DNA of 64,000 nucleotides from the sequence record OR757436.1. One strand, 5' to 3'. A model generated the notes under the pieces. It worked only from the letters and a program-made list of their open reading frames with translations. It was not told where the DNA came from and ran no database searches. A program made the position numbers and the translations under genes. This DNA comes from Escherichia phage vB-EcoP-XT73. Positions 49,056-57,238 of this stretch are shown here, piece by piece (the stretch's first letter is position 1; the number at the start of each line of letters is the position of its first letter).

Positions 49056-49594
49056 TATCGTGAAGGATTCTTACGAGAGTCCTTTGAGATAGGACTTCAG
49101 ATCTCCTATCAAACTAACATTCATGTAACTAGCCCATAAGGGCGTTACCCTTTAATAACCCAGCCCACTAAGGGGGCGGGAGTTTAGTGCTGGATTAGCA
49201 TAACGCTTATTCCCACAAAGGCAACCGATTGTTAGATCTTACATGCAATATTAATTAATAGGATAAGGGAGGATTCGTCCCCTCCCCCTATTTATAAATT
49301 ATCAGGAGGGTGCATTAGCTGATTAGCTGTAGAAGGGAGGCTGATATCTACAGCGTGGCCCAGAGTTAGTGTACTCTCCTGATGAGTAGATACCTCATCA
49401 CGGTAAGCTGTGGAATAATCTTTACAGAAGTTACTTAAAGTAGCCTGTACGGCCCTCAGCAAAGAGTCCGGACGATATCTGAGTGACTTTAAAAACAGAT
49501 GGAGCCAGGTGGAATCCCTGGCAATCAATTACAGGTATAGCTTATGAGGCTAATTAATGCAGAGCCTATGGTAAAGCAGTCGCCCGTGGTCAAA

Positions 49595-49670
49595 TGACCG
49601 TATGCCCATTGGGTGCATCCCTTTGGTGATGGCTAGGGAGTCCGAGCGTAGGTCCGAACCCTACACCTGT
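49595..49670 (+). promoter_or_regulatory. conserved intergenic element (copy c)
   Basis: CCGTATGCCC...GCTAGGGAG...GAACC; lies within a 650-bp non-coding region with several hairpins. Confidence 0.4.
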
Positions 49671-49703
49671 AACCAAATCAAACAATATCTAATTGGAGGA
49701 TGT

Positions 49704-50015
49704 ATGAAAGCTCGAAGAACTATATGGACTCCGATTCAGATTGAAAATCTTCGGAGACTAATCAAAGAGTACTCTGTTCAAGAGGTTGCTCAGATTATGA
49801 ATGTAACGGAGAATGCAGTTAATACAGCTTGCACTAAGTTTGGTATATCAAGAGCTGCAATCCGAGTCAAGTGGTCTAAAGAAGAAGACCAGTTCCTTAT
49901 CCGTAATGCTGGGTTCATGTCTATTCAGAGAATGGCTGACATGCTCGGTAGAAGCTATGCTGCTGTACAGAACAGGGCATGTATGCACCTTAACATTAGC
50001 CTTAAACTTAAATAG
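49704..50015 (+). CDS. DNA-binding protein with two tandem HTH-like repeats
   Basis: GGAGGA RBS; two about 45-aa repeats (W..E..L...I...S.Q..A.IM....AV). Confidence 0.5.
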   Translation: MKARRTIWTPIQIENLRRLIKEYSVQEVAQIMNVTENAVNTACTKFGISRAAIRVKWSKEEDQFLIRNAGFMSIQRMADMLGRSYAAVQNRACMHLNISLKLK

Positions 50016-50023
50016 GAATCAAT

Positions 50024-50278
50024 ATGAAAGTTAACGAGTTAAATAGAACTACCAAGACTGTGAAACTCCATACTCTGAAGAAGGGTGATACATTCCGTTT
50101 AGAGGAGAATGGACCAATCCACATGGTCTGCACTGCGGCATCTACTAATTGGGTGGAAGTTGCACGAGATCGAGTAGTGTGTGTCAGGCTGGAAGATGGT
50201 AATCTGAGTGGTCCGGTCGAGAGGATTCCTGTTATCCCTGTTAAAGTTGAAGCTAACGTTATTAAGGGTTCTAAATGA
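50024..50278 (+). CDS. small protein, paralogous family member
   Basis: MKVNELNRTTKTVKLHTLKKGDTFRLEE pattern. Confidence 0.45.
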   Translation: MKVNELNRTTKTVKLHTLKKGDTFRLEENGPIHMVCTAASTNWVEVARDRVVCVRLEDGNLSGPVERIPVIPVKVEANVIKGSK

Positions 50279-50520
50279 AGATCATCCCAAAGATTAAAGA
50301 TAACACTGTTTCATTGGCTACAATTATTCCCGGAAACCCTTTCGTAGTTCAAAGAGGAACAGCATCCCCTCAGTATTACATCCGTGTCAATAATGTGTCC
50401 AACAAAATCTCTGTCGAAGAAGGTTGGATTACTATAGTCAATCTTCTTACTGGTGTATTAGGTGTTATGAAAAGTGATGCCCCAGTTGAAGTAATTCGTA
50501 TGTCAGTGGTTCAGGAGTAG
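50275..50520 (+). CDS. small protein, paralogous family member
   Basis: ATGA overlap with the upstream gene; same length class. Confidence 0.45.
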   Translation: MKIIPKIKDNTVSLATIIPGNPFVVQRGTASPQYYIRVNNVSNKISVEEGWITIVNLLTGVLGVMKSDAPVEVIRMSVVQE

Positions 50521-50525
50521 TGTAG

Positions 50526-50768
50526 ATGAGCACAATACATATCAAGGTCCATCACAAAGAAGAAAAGAAACTCTTTGTTAAAGATCTATCAATCGCTGAT
50601 ATCTTCACTTTAAAAGAAGATGATAATCAGGTCATCTATTTGATGATGCCTGTGACTGGAGGGTATCGAAGGGCTGTTTGTTTGGGTACAGGTGTACCTC
50701 GTCCTGTTGCTGATACTCTTGAAGTTGGTGAGAAGTTTAGTAAGGCTGAAATCATCTTAACTCCATAG
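50526..50768 (+). CDS. small protein, paralogous family member
   Basis: ...LFVKDLSIADIFTLKED... pattern. Confidence 0.45.
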   Translation: MSTIHIKVHHKEEKKLFVKDLSIADIFTLKEDDNQVIYLMMPVTGGYRRAVCLGTGVPRPVADTLEVGEKFSKAEIILTP

Positions 50769-50909
50769 GAAAACAAATGAGACGTAAAGCATATTCTTAT
50801 GACGATATGATTAACCAGAAAGGCTTCGGTCAACGACAGCCTGACGGTTCAATTATCTGGTTCGTAAACGGGCAGAAAAAGGTAGCTAAATAAGCCTTCT
50901 TCTCTCCTC

Positions 50910-50927
50910 CTTTTAGTACTATGACGC
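50910..50927 (+). promoter_or_regulatory. conserved 18-bp motif CTTTTAGTACTATGACGC (copy 2 of 2)
   Basis: Identical to 43873-43890; followed by an inverted repeat around an EcoRI site. Confidence 0.4.
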
Positions 50928-50998
50928 CTCTCTGTGGGCGGACCAATTTGCGTAGGGAATTCCCTCTACGCAGCCATAATTTTTAAGGAATTTCCCCT

Positions 50999-51232
50999 AT
51001 GTCTAAAGTAAGCGCAATTGATGCAATCCGTCAACCGTTCCAGTTCCAATCCAAATCAACCCAAACCTTCAGCGAGCCTAAGCAAATTCGCTTGGGTGGC
51101 ACAGAGAAGACTGTATTTGATCTGGCTAAAAACAAGAGCGTTACTGTAGTTGATGGTGGCACTCTGGTTAACGTTTCCCATCGTATCCGCACTGGCAAAA
51201 CTGCCAAAGATCGTGCTAAGAAAGGTGAATAA
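50999..51232 (+). CDS. hypothetical protein
   Basis: AAGGAA RBS. Confidence 0.45.
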   Translation: MSKVSAIDAIRQPFQFQSKSTQTFSEPKQIRLGGTEKTVFDLAKNKSVTVVDGGTLVNVSHRIRTGKTAKDRAKKGE

Positions 51233-51474
51233 TGAAAATAGGGCAACCAGCTAAGGATGTTCTAGCGAAGATTAGTGATATCTCTATTGGGGAGGTTTTC
51301 TCAGCAGAGCACTTTTCAAGTTACTACATGAAAATCCCTGACACTAAAGTAGAGGGTTGCATCACCCCCGCCAACGCAGTTAACCTGAACACAGGGCATT
51401 TGTCTGCATTCAAACCTGATTCACAGGTTACTGAAATCAAAGATGCCTACCTTGCCTTTGGTGGGGATAAATAG
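51232..51474 (+). CDS. small protein, paralogous family member
   Basis: ...ISDISIGEVFSAEH... pattern. Confidence 0.45.
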   Translation: MKIGQPAKDVLAKISDISIGEVFSAEHFSSYYMKIPDTKVEGCITPANAVNLNTGHLSAFKPDSQVTEIKDAYLAFGGDK

Positions 51475-51475
51475 T

Positions 51476-51691
51476 ATGATAGAACTTGTGTCTGTCGTTT
51501 ACAGATTACACTATCGTCTAGATAAAGGAAAATCCTATAAATGCAAGAGTAAGACAGGGAATCTGTGCTCTGTAGAGAATAACTCTGGTCAATGGGTGAA
51601 TGTTCCTTGTTGCTGGTTCAGGAAAGATTTGACTAGCAAAGAGATTGACGAAATTCTTAGTGATGATTTTGTAAAATCAGGTGATTTTTAG
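51476..51691 (+). CDS. hypothetical Cys-rich small protein
   Basis: ATG 51476 within track ORF 51443..51691. Confidence 0.35.
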   Translation: MIELVSVVYRLHYRLDKGKSYKCKSKTGNLCSVENNSGQWVNVPCCWFRKDLTSKEIDEILSDDFVKSGDF

Positions 51692-51705
51692 TTGTAGTAA
51701 CGCCT

Positions 51706-51735
51706 ATAGCCTTCCCTCCGGAGGGCTATGTGAGT
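51706..51735 (+). other. conserved hairpin TATAGCC-N12-GGCTATGTGAG (copy 2 of 2)
   Basis: Matches the copy at 45458. Confidence 0.45.
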
Positions 51736-51769
51736 TATTCTGACTCAACCAACCTAATCTTAATATATT

Positions 51770-51825
51770 TCCCGTATGGGGCCGATGCTAGGGCGAGGAA
51801 TAATCCTCAAACATCCGTCGGATAG
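51770..51825 (+). promoter_or_regulatory. conserved intergenic element (copy b)
   Basis: CCCGTATGGGG..GCTAGGGCG..AACATCCG. Confidence 0.4.
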
Positions 51826-51928
51826 ATATTTTAAGAGCAGGTTATCCACAGATATTGGGTAATATCTTTTTGGATTTAAAGCTTGGCTCTTTTCGGAGAG
51901 TCCTTTTTTAAATTCAACGAGAGGAAAT

Positions 51929-52081
51929 ATGTCTAAATTAGATTTAAAACTGCTAGCAGCAGCGGTAGTGATTTGTGCACTAGCACTGGTAACGCAGAGA
52001 ACATCTGGATTTATTCAGTGTTTCTTTTCTGGGCAATCCACTTATCAGTGGGTTATTGACGAGTGTAAACAACAGGAGTAA
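51929..52081 (+). CDS. small membrane protein (50 aa)
   Basis: GAGAGGAA RBS; one hydrophobic segment. Confidence 0.3.
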   Translation: MSKLDLKLLAAAVVICALALVTQRTSGFIQCFFSGQSTYQWVIDECKQQE

Positions 52082-52083
52082 GT

Positions 52084-52446
52084 ATGAATACACGTCCCAT
52101 TAAGGGCAACGTTAATATTGAAACTCTGAACAAGGTTGCATCAAATCTCGGTGGAATGTCCAACGAGGATCTTGAGCAAGAACTTGCTTGGATTGCAAAT
52201 GGTATCAAAGTTGCTAAAGGTAAGATTGCTCGTGAGCAAAGCAACATGAAAGCTCACAAGTATATCATCCGTCGTGCAAATACGTTACCAGAGCGGGTTG
52301 TACATCTTGCCCGTAAAAACTACGAAGATGCAAAGAAAGCTATGGAAGAAGCTACTTTCCAGAAGCACCAATTTATGAACAACTACAGAAACTTCCGAGA
52401 TATTCTTTATATCCGTAAGTCAATTGAGTTGATTAAAAACCAATAG
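52084..52446 (+). CDS. hypothetical protein
   Basis: Track ORF directly preceding the enzyme operon; no recognisable motif. Confidence 0.45.
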   Translation: MNTRPIKGNVNIETLNKVASNLGGMSNEDLEQELAWIANGIKVAKGKIAREQSNMKAHKYIIRRANTLPERVVHLARKNYEDAKKAMEEATFQKHQFMNNYRNFRDILYIRKSIELIKNQ

Positions 52447-52457
52447 AGGTTGGTATA

Positions 52458-53651
52458 ATGTTTCCAGTAACATTAGAAGATACTGAAGGTAATGTTTTAA
52501 CGGTCCACCCTCCTTGTTATGGGTTCCTTCAGCTTCGAAACTATAATGGTGGCGTTGATGAAGATGATTACGAAGATGAATACTTCGACCCTAACATGTA
52601 TGAGGCAACTCATGGGTGGAATATGCACGTTCGAGTGTGGCATGAAGAGGCTAACGTTCGTAGTGCTGATGGGGAAGAGTTCCTGCTAAGCCGAGAGATG
52701 GATATGTGTAAAATCAAGCATATCTGGAACTCCGGAACTCACATGAAGATGTTAGGTTTTAGACGATGGCGTGATGAAAAACCTGTATCCGCAGATTTAG
52801 GTTGGGGTGCAATTGATCACGAAGGCGAGCTTAAAAATAACATTGAGCACTGGAATGATAAAAACCCTGAGTATCAAACCTCACCTCGTGCTGTACTGGA
52901 AGCTATGGAAGCATTTGTGGACAAAGATCGTCCCTCCTGTTTACGCTGGCACGAAAAAGGTTTTATGGGTGTAGCAACTGAGAATGTTCCTGCTGATCGT
53001 TGTCTGTTCTATTTAATGTTAGATCGAACCTTCTATTGTGATGATGAAGAGAGTCAAGTTGAAACCTTCCTTCATAAATGGTTGGTTGAAGGATGGACAA
53101 TTCTTCAGGCTTACGTTTACTCACGAATGGTTAGCACTTACACTAACCTCTTGGGTGAAACGAAAGCTACTCTGGTTGGTAATGATTGGGATGCTTGTAT
53201 CTTCCCAGCGTCGTTGTTTACGGTTGGTATGGCTGATAAATATGCTGAAGCATTTCAAGTGCCTTGGCGTCAACAGTCGTATAGGGATGGGTGTGGTCAC
53301 TTCCGTGATGAAGATTTTAAGTGGATTCGTTATGAGAATGATGAAACAGCAGAATTACGAGTTAATAATTCGATGTTCTTGCCGGTGATGCACCCTGATT
53401 TAGTAGAGAGCGAATCAGAAATCCTGAAATGTGACAACCTTCTGATCAACTTTACTCGTCGCGTGTCTAAAAATGAGAGAACATCTAACAGGTTAATCTA
53501 CGGCATTCGTGCTGAGGCTAAAGATCTGTTCAACATCTACAACATTGTTCAGCGATTTAGTAGTGGGATTCTGGACCAAAGTTCGGAGTATTCAGTGATT
53601 CCATCCTCTGAGTGGGATGGTGTTATGAGCGGATTATTTTTAGGAAAATAA
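52458..53651 (+). CDS. hypothetical protein (397 aa), first gene of the amidoligase-type operon
   Basis: Long ORF; no motif recognised by eye. Confidence 0.5.
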   Translation: MFPVTLEDTEGNVLTVHPPCYGFLQLRNYNGGVDEDDYEDEYFDPNMYEATHGWNMHVRVWHEEANVRSADGEEFLLSREMDMCKIKHIWNSGTHMKMLGFRRWRDEKPVSADLGWGAIDHEGELKNNIEHWNDKNPEYQTSPRAVLEAMEAFVDKDRPSCLRWHEKGFMGVATENVPADRCLFYLMLDRTFYCDDEESQVETFLHKWLVEGWTILQAYVYSRMVSTYTNLLGETKATLVGNDWDACIFPASLFTVGMADKYAEAFQVPWRQQSYRDGCGHFRDEDFKWIRYENDETAELRVNNSMFLPVMHPDLVESESEILKCDNLLINFTRRVSKNERTSNRLIYGIRAEAKDLFNIYNIVQRFSSGILDQSSEYSVIPSSEWDGVMSGLFLGK

Positions 53652-53661
53652 AAGGTTAGTT

Positions 53662-54633
53662 ATGTCAATCTCCACAACGATCGTACCTCTGAATCTTCAA
53701 CAAGATTTAGGGGAACAGAAGTTCTTAGGTCGTGGGTGCTTCGGTATCCACAACTATATGCAAGGCCAGTGTGTAAATGATATTAATGGTGAAGTTATCA
53801 CTGAAGAGGGGCGTTATAGACGCTTCAACCGTGATATCAACTTGCAATTGGAGATGTTGAATTACTGGACTCACTCTTTTCACGGTCATGTTCCATCTGA
53901 AATTGAAAAGAACTTGGTTGAAACAGCAGACATTATGAACTCTATGTCTTGCTATCGTGATGTATTTACAATCACTTCAGCGAATAGTGTAGCTGTCAAC
54001 CTCCGTGAGCATCCAGCAGATCAAATCTTCACAGGACTTATGCTTTTCCGTAGTATTCTGGAAGGGCAGTATCGTGGAATGGATTTCCTAGCAGAAGGAA
54101 TTGAAGACAGGGAAGAGTGGCTGAAGCGTAAACGCATCGGCATCGCTCTAGTGTTAGCTGGGTTGGGTCGTGACTTCTTCGGTGGGTGGTCTCAACGAGG
54201 AAGAGCCAATGGGAGTAGCGAGAGCACCTCTATTGTTATTAATAACAATATGTCAGCAGCAGCATTCCTTCCTTTGGTTGTAGACTCTGATGAATACACG
54301 AAGCAAGTATGGGTTCAAAACCCCTTCGGTGTTGGTGACAATGAGAATGGTTATGTTCGTAACCACAACCAAGATGCCTTACGAAGATTTGCTCGTGCTA
54401 AAGATCAAGACCCGGACGAGTATGAAACAATGTCAGAGTGGTTAAGACTTTGGTCCAACTGTCATGGTCACAAACGTGAAGCAATAGACAATAAGTTGGA
54501 AAACATTACAGTACAAAACTTTACAGCCCGACTAATTCAGCGTACTGGCCTAAGCTCTGGCCTTACTATTGAAGAAGTTGGTAACACAATCTCATCTCTC
54601 TTTTCTGAACTAGTGGAGTATTACAATGACTAA
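53662..54633 (+). CDS. hypothetical protein (323 aa), operon member
   Basis: Track ORF; overlaps the next gene. Confidence 0.5.
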   Translation: MSISTTIVPLNLQQDLGEQKFLGRGCFGIHNYMQGQCVNDINGEVITEEGRYRRFNRDINLQLEMLNYWTHSFHGHVPSEIEKNLVETADIMNSMSCYRDVFTITSANSVAVNLREHPADQIFTGLMLFRSILEGQYRGMDFLAEGIEDREEWLKRKRIGIALVLAGLGRDFFGGWSQRGRANGSSESTSIVINNNMSAAAFLPLVVDSDEYTKQVWVQNPFGVGDNENGYVRNHNQDALRRFARAKDQDPDEYETMSEWLRLWSNCHGHKREAIDNKLENITVQNFTARLIQRTGLSSGLTIEEVGNTISSLFSELVEYYND

Positions 54634-55432
54634 GCGCAAATTCCTTATTGGGAGCGATCCCGAGATGTTCGTTCGTACCAGCAATGGCATCATCACCTCT
54701 GTGGCTGGTCTGTTAGGCTGTTCTAAGGACGATAAGATCACTCTGGCTAAGGATGTTCGTCTTCAAGAGGACAACGTACTGGCTGAGTTTGATATTGACC
54801 CACAGAGCGGCTTTGAAGCGTTTAACGACAACATGCAACGTGGTATCGATCTCACCAACAATGTCCTGAACAAACTGGACATGGAAACAGCTCCGGGTGT
54901 TAGCTCTCACATCTTCACTGAAGAAGAGATGAAGACTTTCAATGAATCAGCGTTCATCTTCGGGTGTACTCCTGATTTCAACGCTTTCACTGGTCAGAAG
55001 AATCCATCCCCGACTTCTCAGAATAAAGGGCTTCGTACTGCCGGTGGTCACGTACATCTCGGCGTAGTTGGTGCTTTGGATATCACTCTGCAAACTCAGA
55101 TGATGCTGGGTGTGCTGTGTGACTACTTCCTGTCCCTCCCAGCAGTTATTATGGATAAAGACACTCGCCGTAAAGAACTGTACGGCAAAGCATCTGCAAT
55201 CCGTTATAAAGACTATGGTATTGAATACCGTTCACTGTCTAATTTCTGGATTAGCGATCGTGAAAACCGTAAGTTTGTTTACGATCAGGTTGACAAGGTT
55301 GTTCAGCAGTGTGATATGTCCACTCTGATGGCATTGCACTCTCGCCTTCCGATTGAGAAGCTTCATGAAATCATTAACGGCAACAACGTTAAAGAAGCGG
55401 ACCAGCAGATCAAACTCCTTCAGGTAGCATAA
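54626..55432 (+). CDS. hypothetical protein, possibly a second ligase-like enzyme
   Basis: Conserved acidic and His motifs (GSDPEMF, GGHVHLG, EYRS) that could fit a COOH-NH2 ligase fold; unverified. Confidence 0.45.
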   Translation: MTKRKFLIGSDPEMFVRTSNGIITSVAGLLGCSKDDKITLAKDVRLQEDNVLAEFDIDPQSGFEAFNDNMQRGIDLTNNVLNKLDMETAPGVSSHIFTEEEMKTFNESAFIFGCTPDFNAFTGQKNPSPTSQNKGLRTAGGHVHLGVVGALDITLQTQMMLGVLCDYFLSLPAVIMDKDTRRKELYGKASAIRYKDYGIEYRSLSNFWISDRENRKFVYDQVDKVVQQCDMSTLMALHSRLPIEKLHEIINGNNVKEADQQIKLLQVA

Positions 55433-55441
55433 GAGGTTATC

Positions 55442-56059
55442 GTGAGCTTAGTAGCTGATTTTTCTCATTACTATAATGGTACATGGATTGCTAAACGAGC
55501 AGGTAATATCAACCTTCCGTGTTTTGTGATTGGTGTTGAGCAGAGCGGTAACTTCCGCAGTGATGACTTCTCTCACGAAGCAGAACAGGCTCTGTACTTT
55601 GTTGTAGAGCAGTGGTACAAGAACGAGCAAGGGAATCTTCGAAACACTGTGATGAACATTCCAGTGTTCGACCCAACCTTGATTCTTGAATCACCTGATG
55701 TTGGTTATCTGTTCCATAACGGTAACACTGTAAGCTGGACTCATATTAACCCTGTTCGTCAGAGAGCAAAGGGTTTGATGGGTAACAAGATTCGAAATGC
55801 TCCGGGTGTTGGTCGTGCTATCTCCGGGGAGATGGTTTACAGTCTGTTCAATCCTGAATTCGAAGGATTGGTCACTCGTTATATTTACATCAACCCTACT
55901 GATGGTAAGGTGCATTATAAAGGTGCACTGGTAGGACAAGTAGATCTGGAAGCGCCTCGTGACTCTTACGGTCAGCAACCGATGCGACTTCTGGAACACT
56001 TTCATCACATTTCTGAAAACCTTAGCAATTACAATATTACGTTGGTGGATTCGTTATGA
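55442..56059 (+). CDS. hypothetical protein (205 aa), operon member
   Basis: Track ORF; overlaps the next gene. Confidence 0.45.
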   Translation: MSLVADFSHYYNGTWIAKRAGNINLPCFVIGVEQSGNFRSDDFSHEAEQALYFVVEQWYKNEQGNLRNTVMNIPVFDPTLILESPDVGYLFHNGNTVSWTHINPVRQRAKGLMGNKIRNAPGVGRAISGEMVYSLFNPEFEGLVTRYIYINPTDGKVHYKGALVGQVDLEAPRDSYGQQPMRLLEHFHHISENLSNYNITLVDSL

Positions 56060-57159
56060 CAACTGTAGCGCAAACTTTTGGATATCGAGAAGGTCGTTTA
56101 ACTGAGGCGCATAGTTCAATTGCACTTCAGTGCGGTGTCGGTATTGAACTTGAACTCGAAGGTTCCGATCATATCGAAGCAGATATGTGGGATTGTACAG
56201 AGGATGGTTCCCTGCGTAATGGTTGTGAAATGGTATGTTCACGACCTTACAACGGACAGGAGTTGTTAGACGCTATCAACAACCTGAGTGAAGCAGTAGC
56301 TGAATCGCACGCCGAGGGGACTTGGCGTTGCTCTACTCACGTTCATATGGATATGAGGGATGCTGATAGTAATATCCTCAAGAAAACCATTCTCGCTTGG
56401 ACCTTCTATGAAAAGATGTTGTTCAAGTGTTCAGGCTACCATCGTTACCGTAGCAACTTCTGCCCTGCTTTCGCAGTGGTACAAGCACAGGTAATGAATG
56501 CCTCTGACGCATTTAACTACGACGATGAAGAGTTCTTCAACCGTCTGGTTCGTTCATGGGATAAATATACATCTCTGAACCTTCTGCCACTTGCCCAATA
56601 CGGTTCGATCGAGTTCCGTATCAGTGAGCCTAAGTGGAAACGTGGTCAACTTCTCAATCTGGTTAACCGCTTCTTGATGTTGAAGAAGCTTGCATTAGAT
56701 AACGCAGAGATGAGCAATGATCAGTTTATTGATCATTTAAATACTGTACGATTTGCCCCAATGCTTCCTTACCTTCCTCTGGATTATAATCTGGACGAAT
56801 CGGATTTGCATTCAGGCTATTGTATGGCCCGTGATGTTTTGTACTGTCGTTCTCATGAAGTAGAACAGTCTGGTCGTATTCGTTTACGTCGAACCAACTC
56901 CAACGGAGAAGTTCTTGTTGACCTACGTCATATCTCAGACTTCTACGGATTCCTTGGATATGTCCGAGGGAACGCTAACAACTTGTACCAAGAGATTCTG
57001 GTTATGCTTCGTACAACTGATCTATCTACTGTACGATCTGCACCAGAGCAACGTATCCGTGCTATTTTTGACTTGCTACGTGAGTCAGGTCACAGTGATA
57101 ACAACATCACAGGGTACATTCCAGATCATCTGGAAAATCAGTTAGAGCAAGCGCTGTAA
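56056..57159 (+). CDS. glutamine-synthetase-like amidoligase (Amidoligase_2-type)
   Basis: GVGIELELEG, EDGSLRNGCEMVCSRP, STHVHMD and SIEFR motifs in the order recalled for phage putative-amidoligase enzymes. Confidence 0.5.
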   Translation: MTTVAQTFGYREGRLTEAHSSIALQCGVGIELELEGSDHIEADMWDCTEDGSLRNGCEMVCSRPYNGQELLDAINNLSEAVAESHAEGTWRCSTHVHMDMRDADSNILKKTILAWTFYEKMLFKCSGYHRYRSNFCPAFAVVQAQVMNASDAFNYDDEEFFNRLVRSWDKYTSLNLLPLAQYGSIEFRISEPKWKRGQLLNLVNRFLMLKKLALDNAEMSNDQFIDHLNTVRFAPMLPYLPLDYNLDESDLHSGYCMARDVLYCRSHEVEQSGRIRLRRTNSNGEVLVDLRHISDFYGFLGYVRGNANNLYQEILVMLRTTDLSTVRSAPEQRIRAIFDLLRESGHSDNNITGYIPDHLENQLEQAL

Positions 57160-57238
57160 TCAATGGGTGCCTCTGACAAAGGGGCACAATTTAAAGGTTA
57201 ATTAGATGAAAGGGTTTACCCTTCAGGTGGATTAGAAA

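Noticed and set aside
49530-49675. tRNA-like signal: T-arm-like GTAGG-TCCGAAC-CCTAC, then ACCTGTA-A-CCA whose complement TACAGGT lies 135 nt upstream
   Set aside because: The spacing (146 nt) is far too long for a tRNA, the T-loop deviates from consensus, and no D or anticodon arms could be folded; treated as part of a structured non-coding region.
53038-53388. 116-aa + strand ORF in an alternative frame
   Set aside because: Entirely nested within the 397-aa ORF 52458..53651; no independent start signals.
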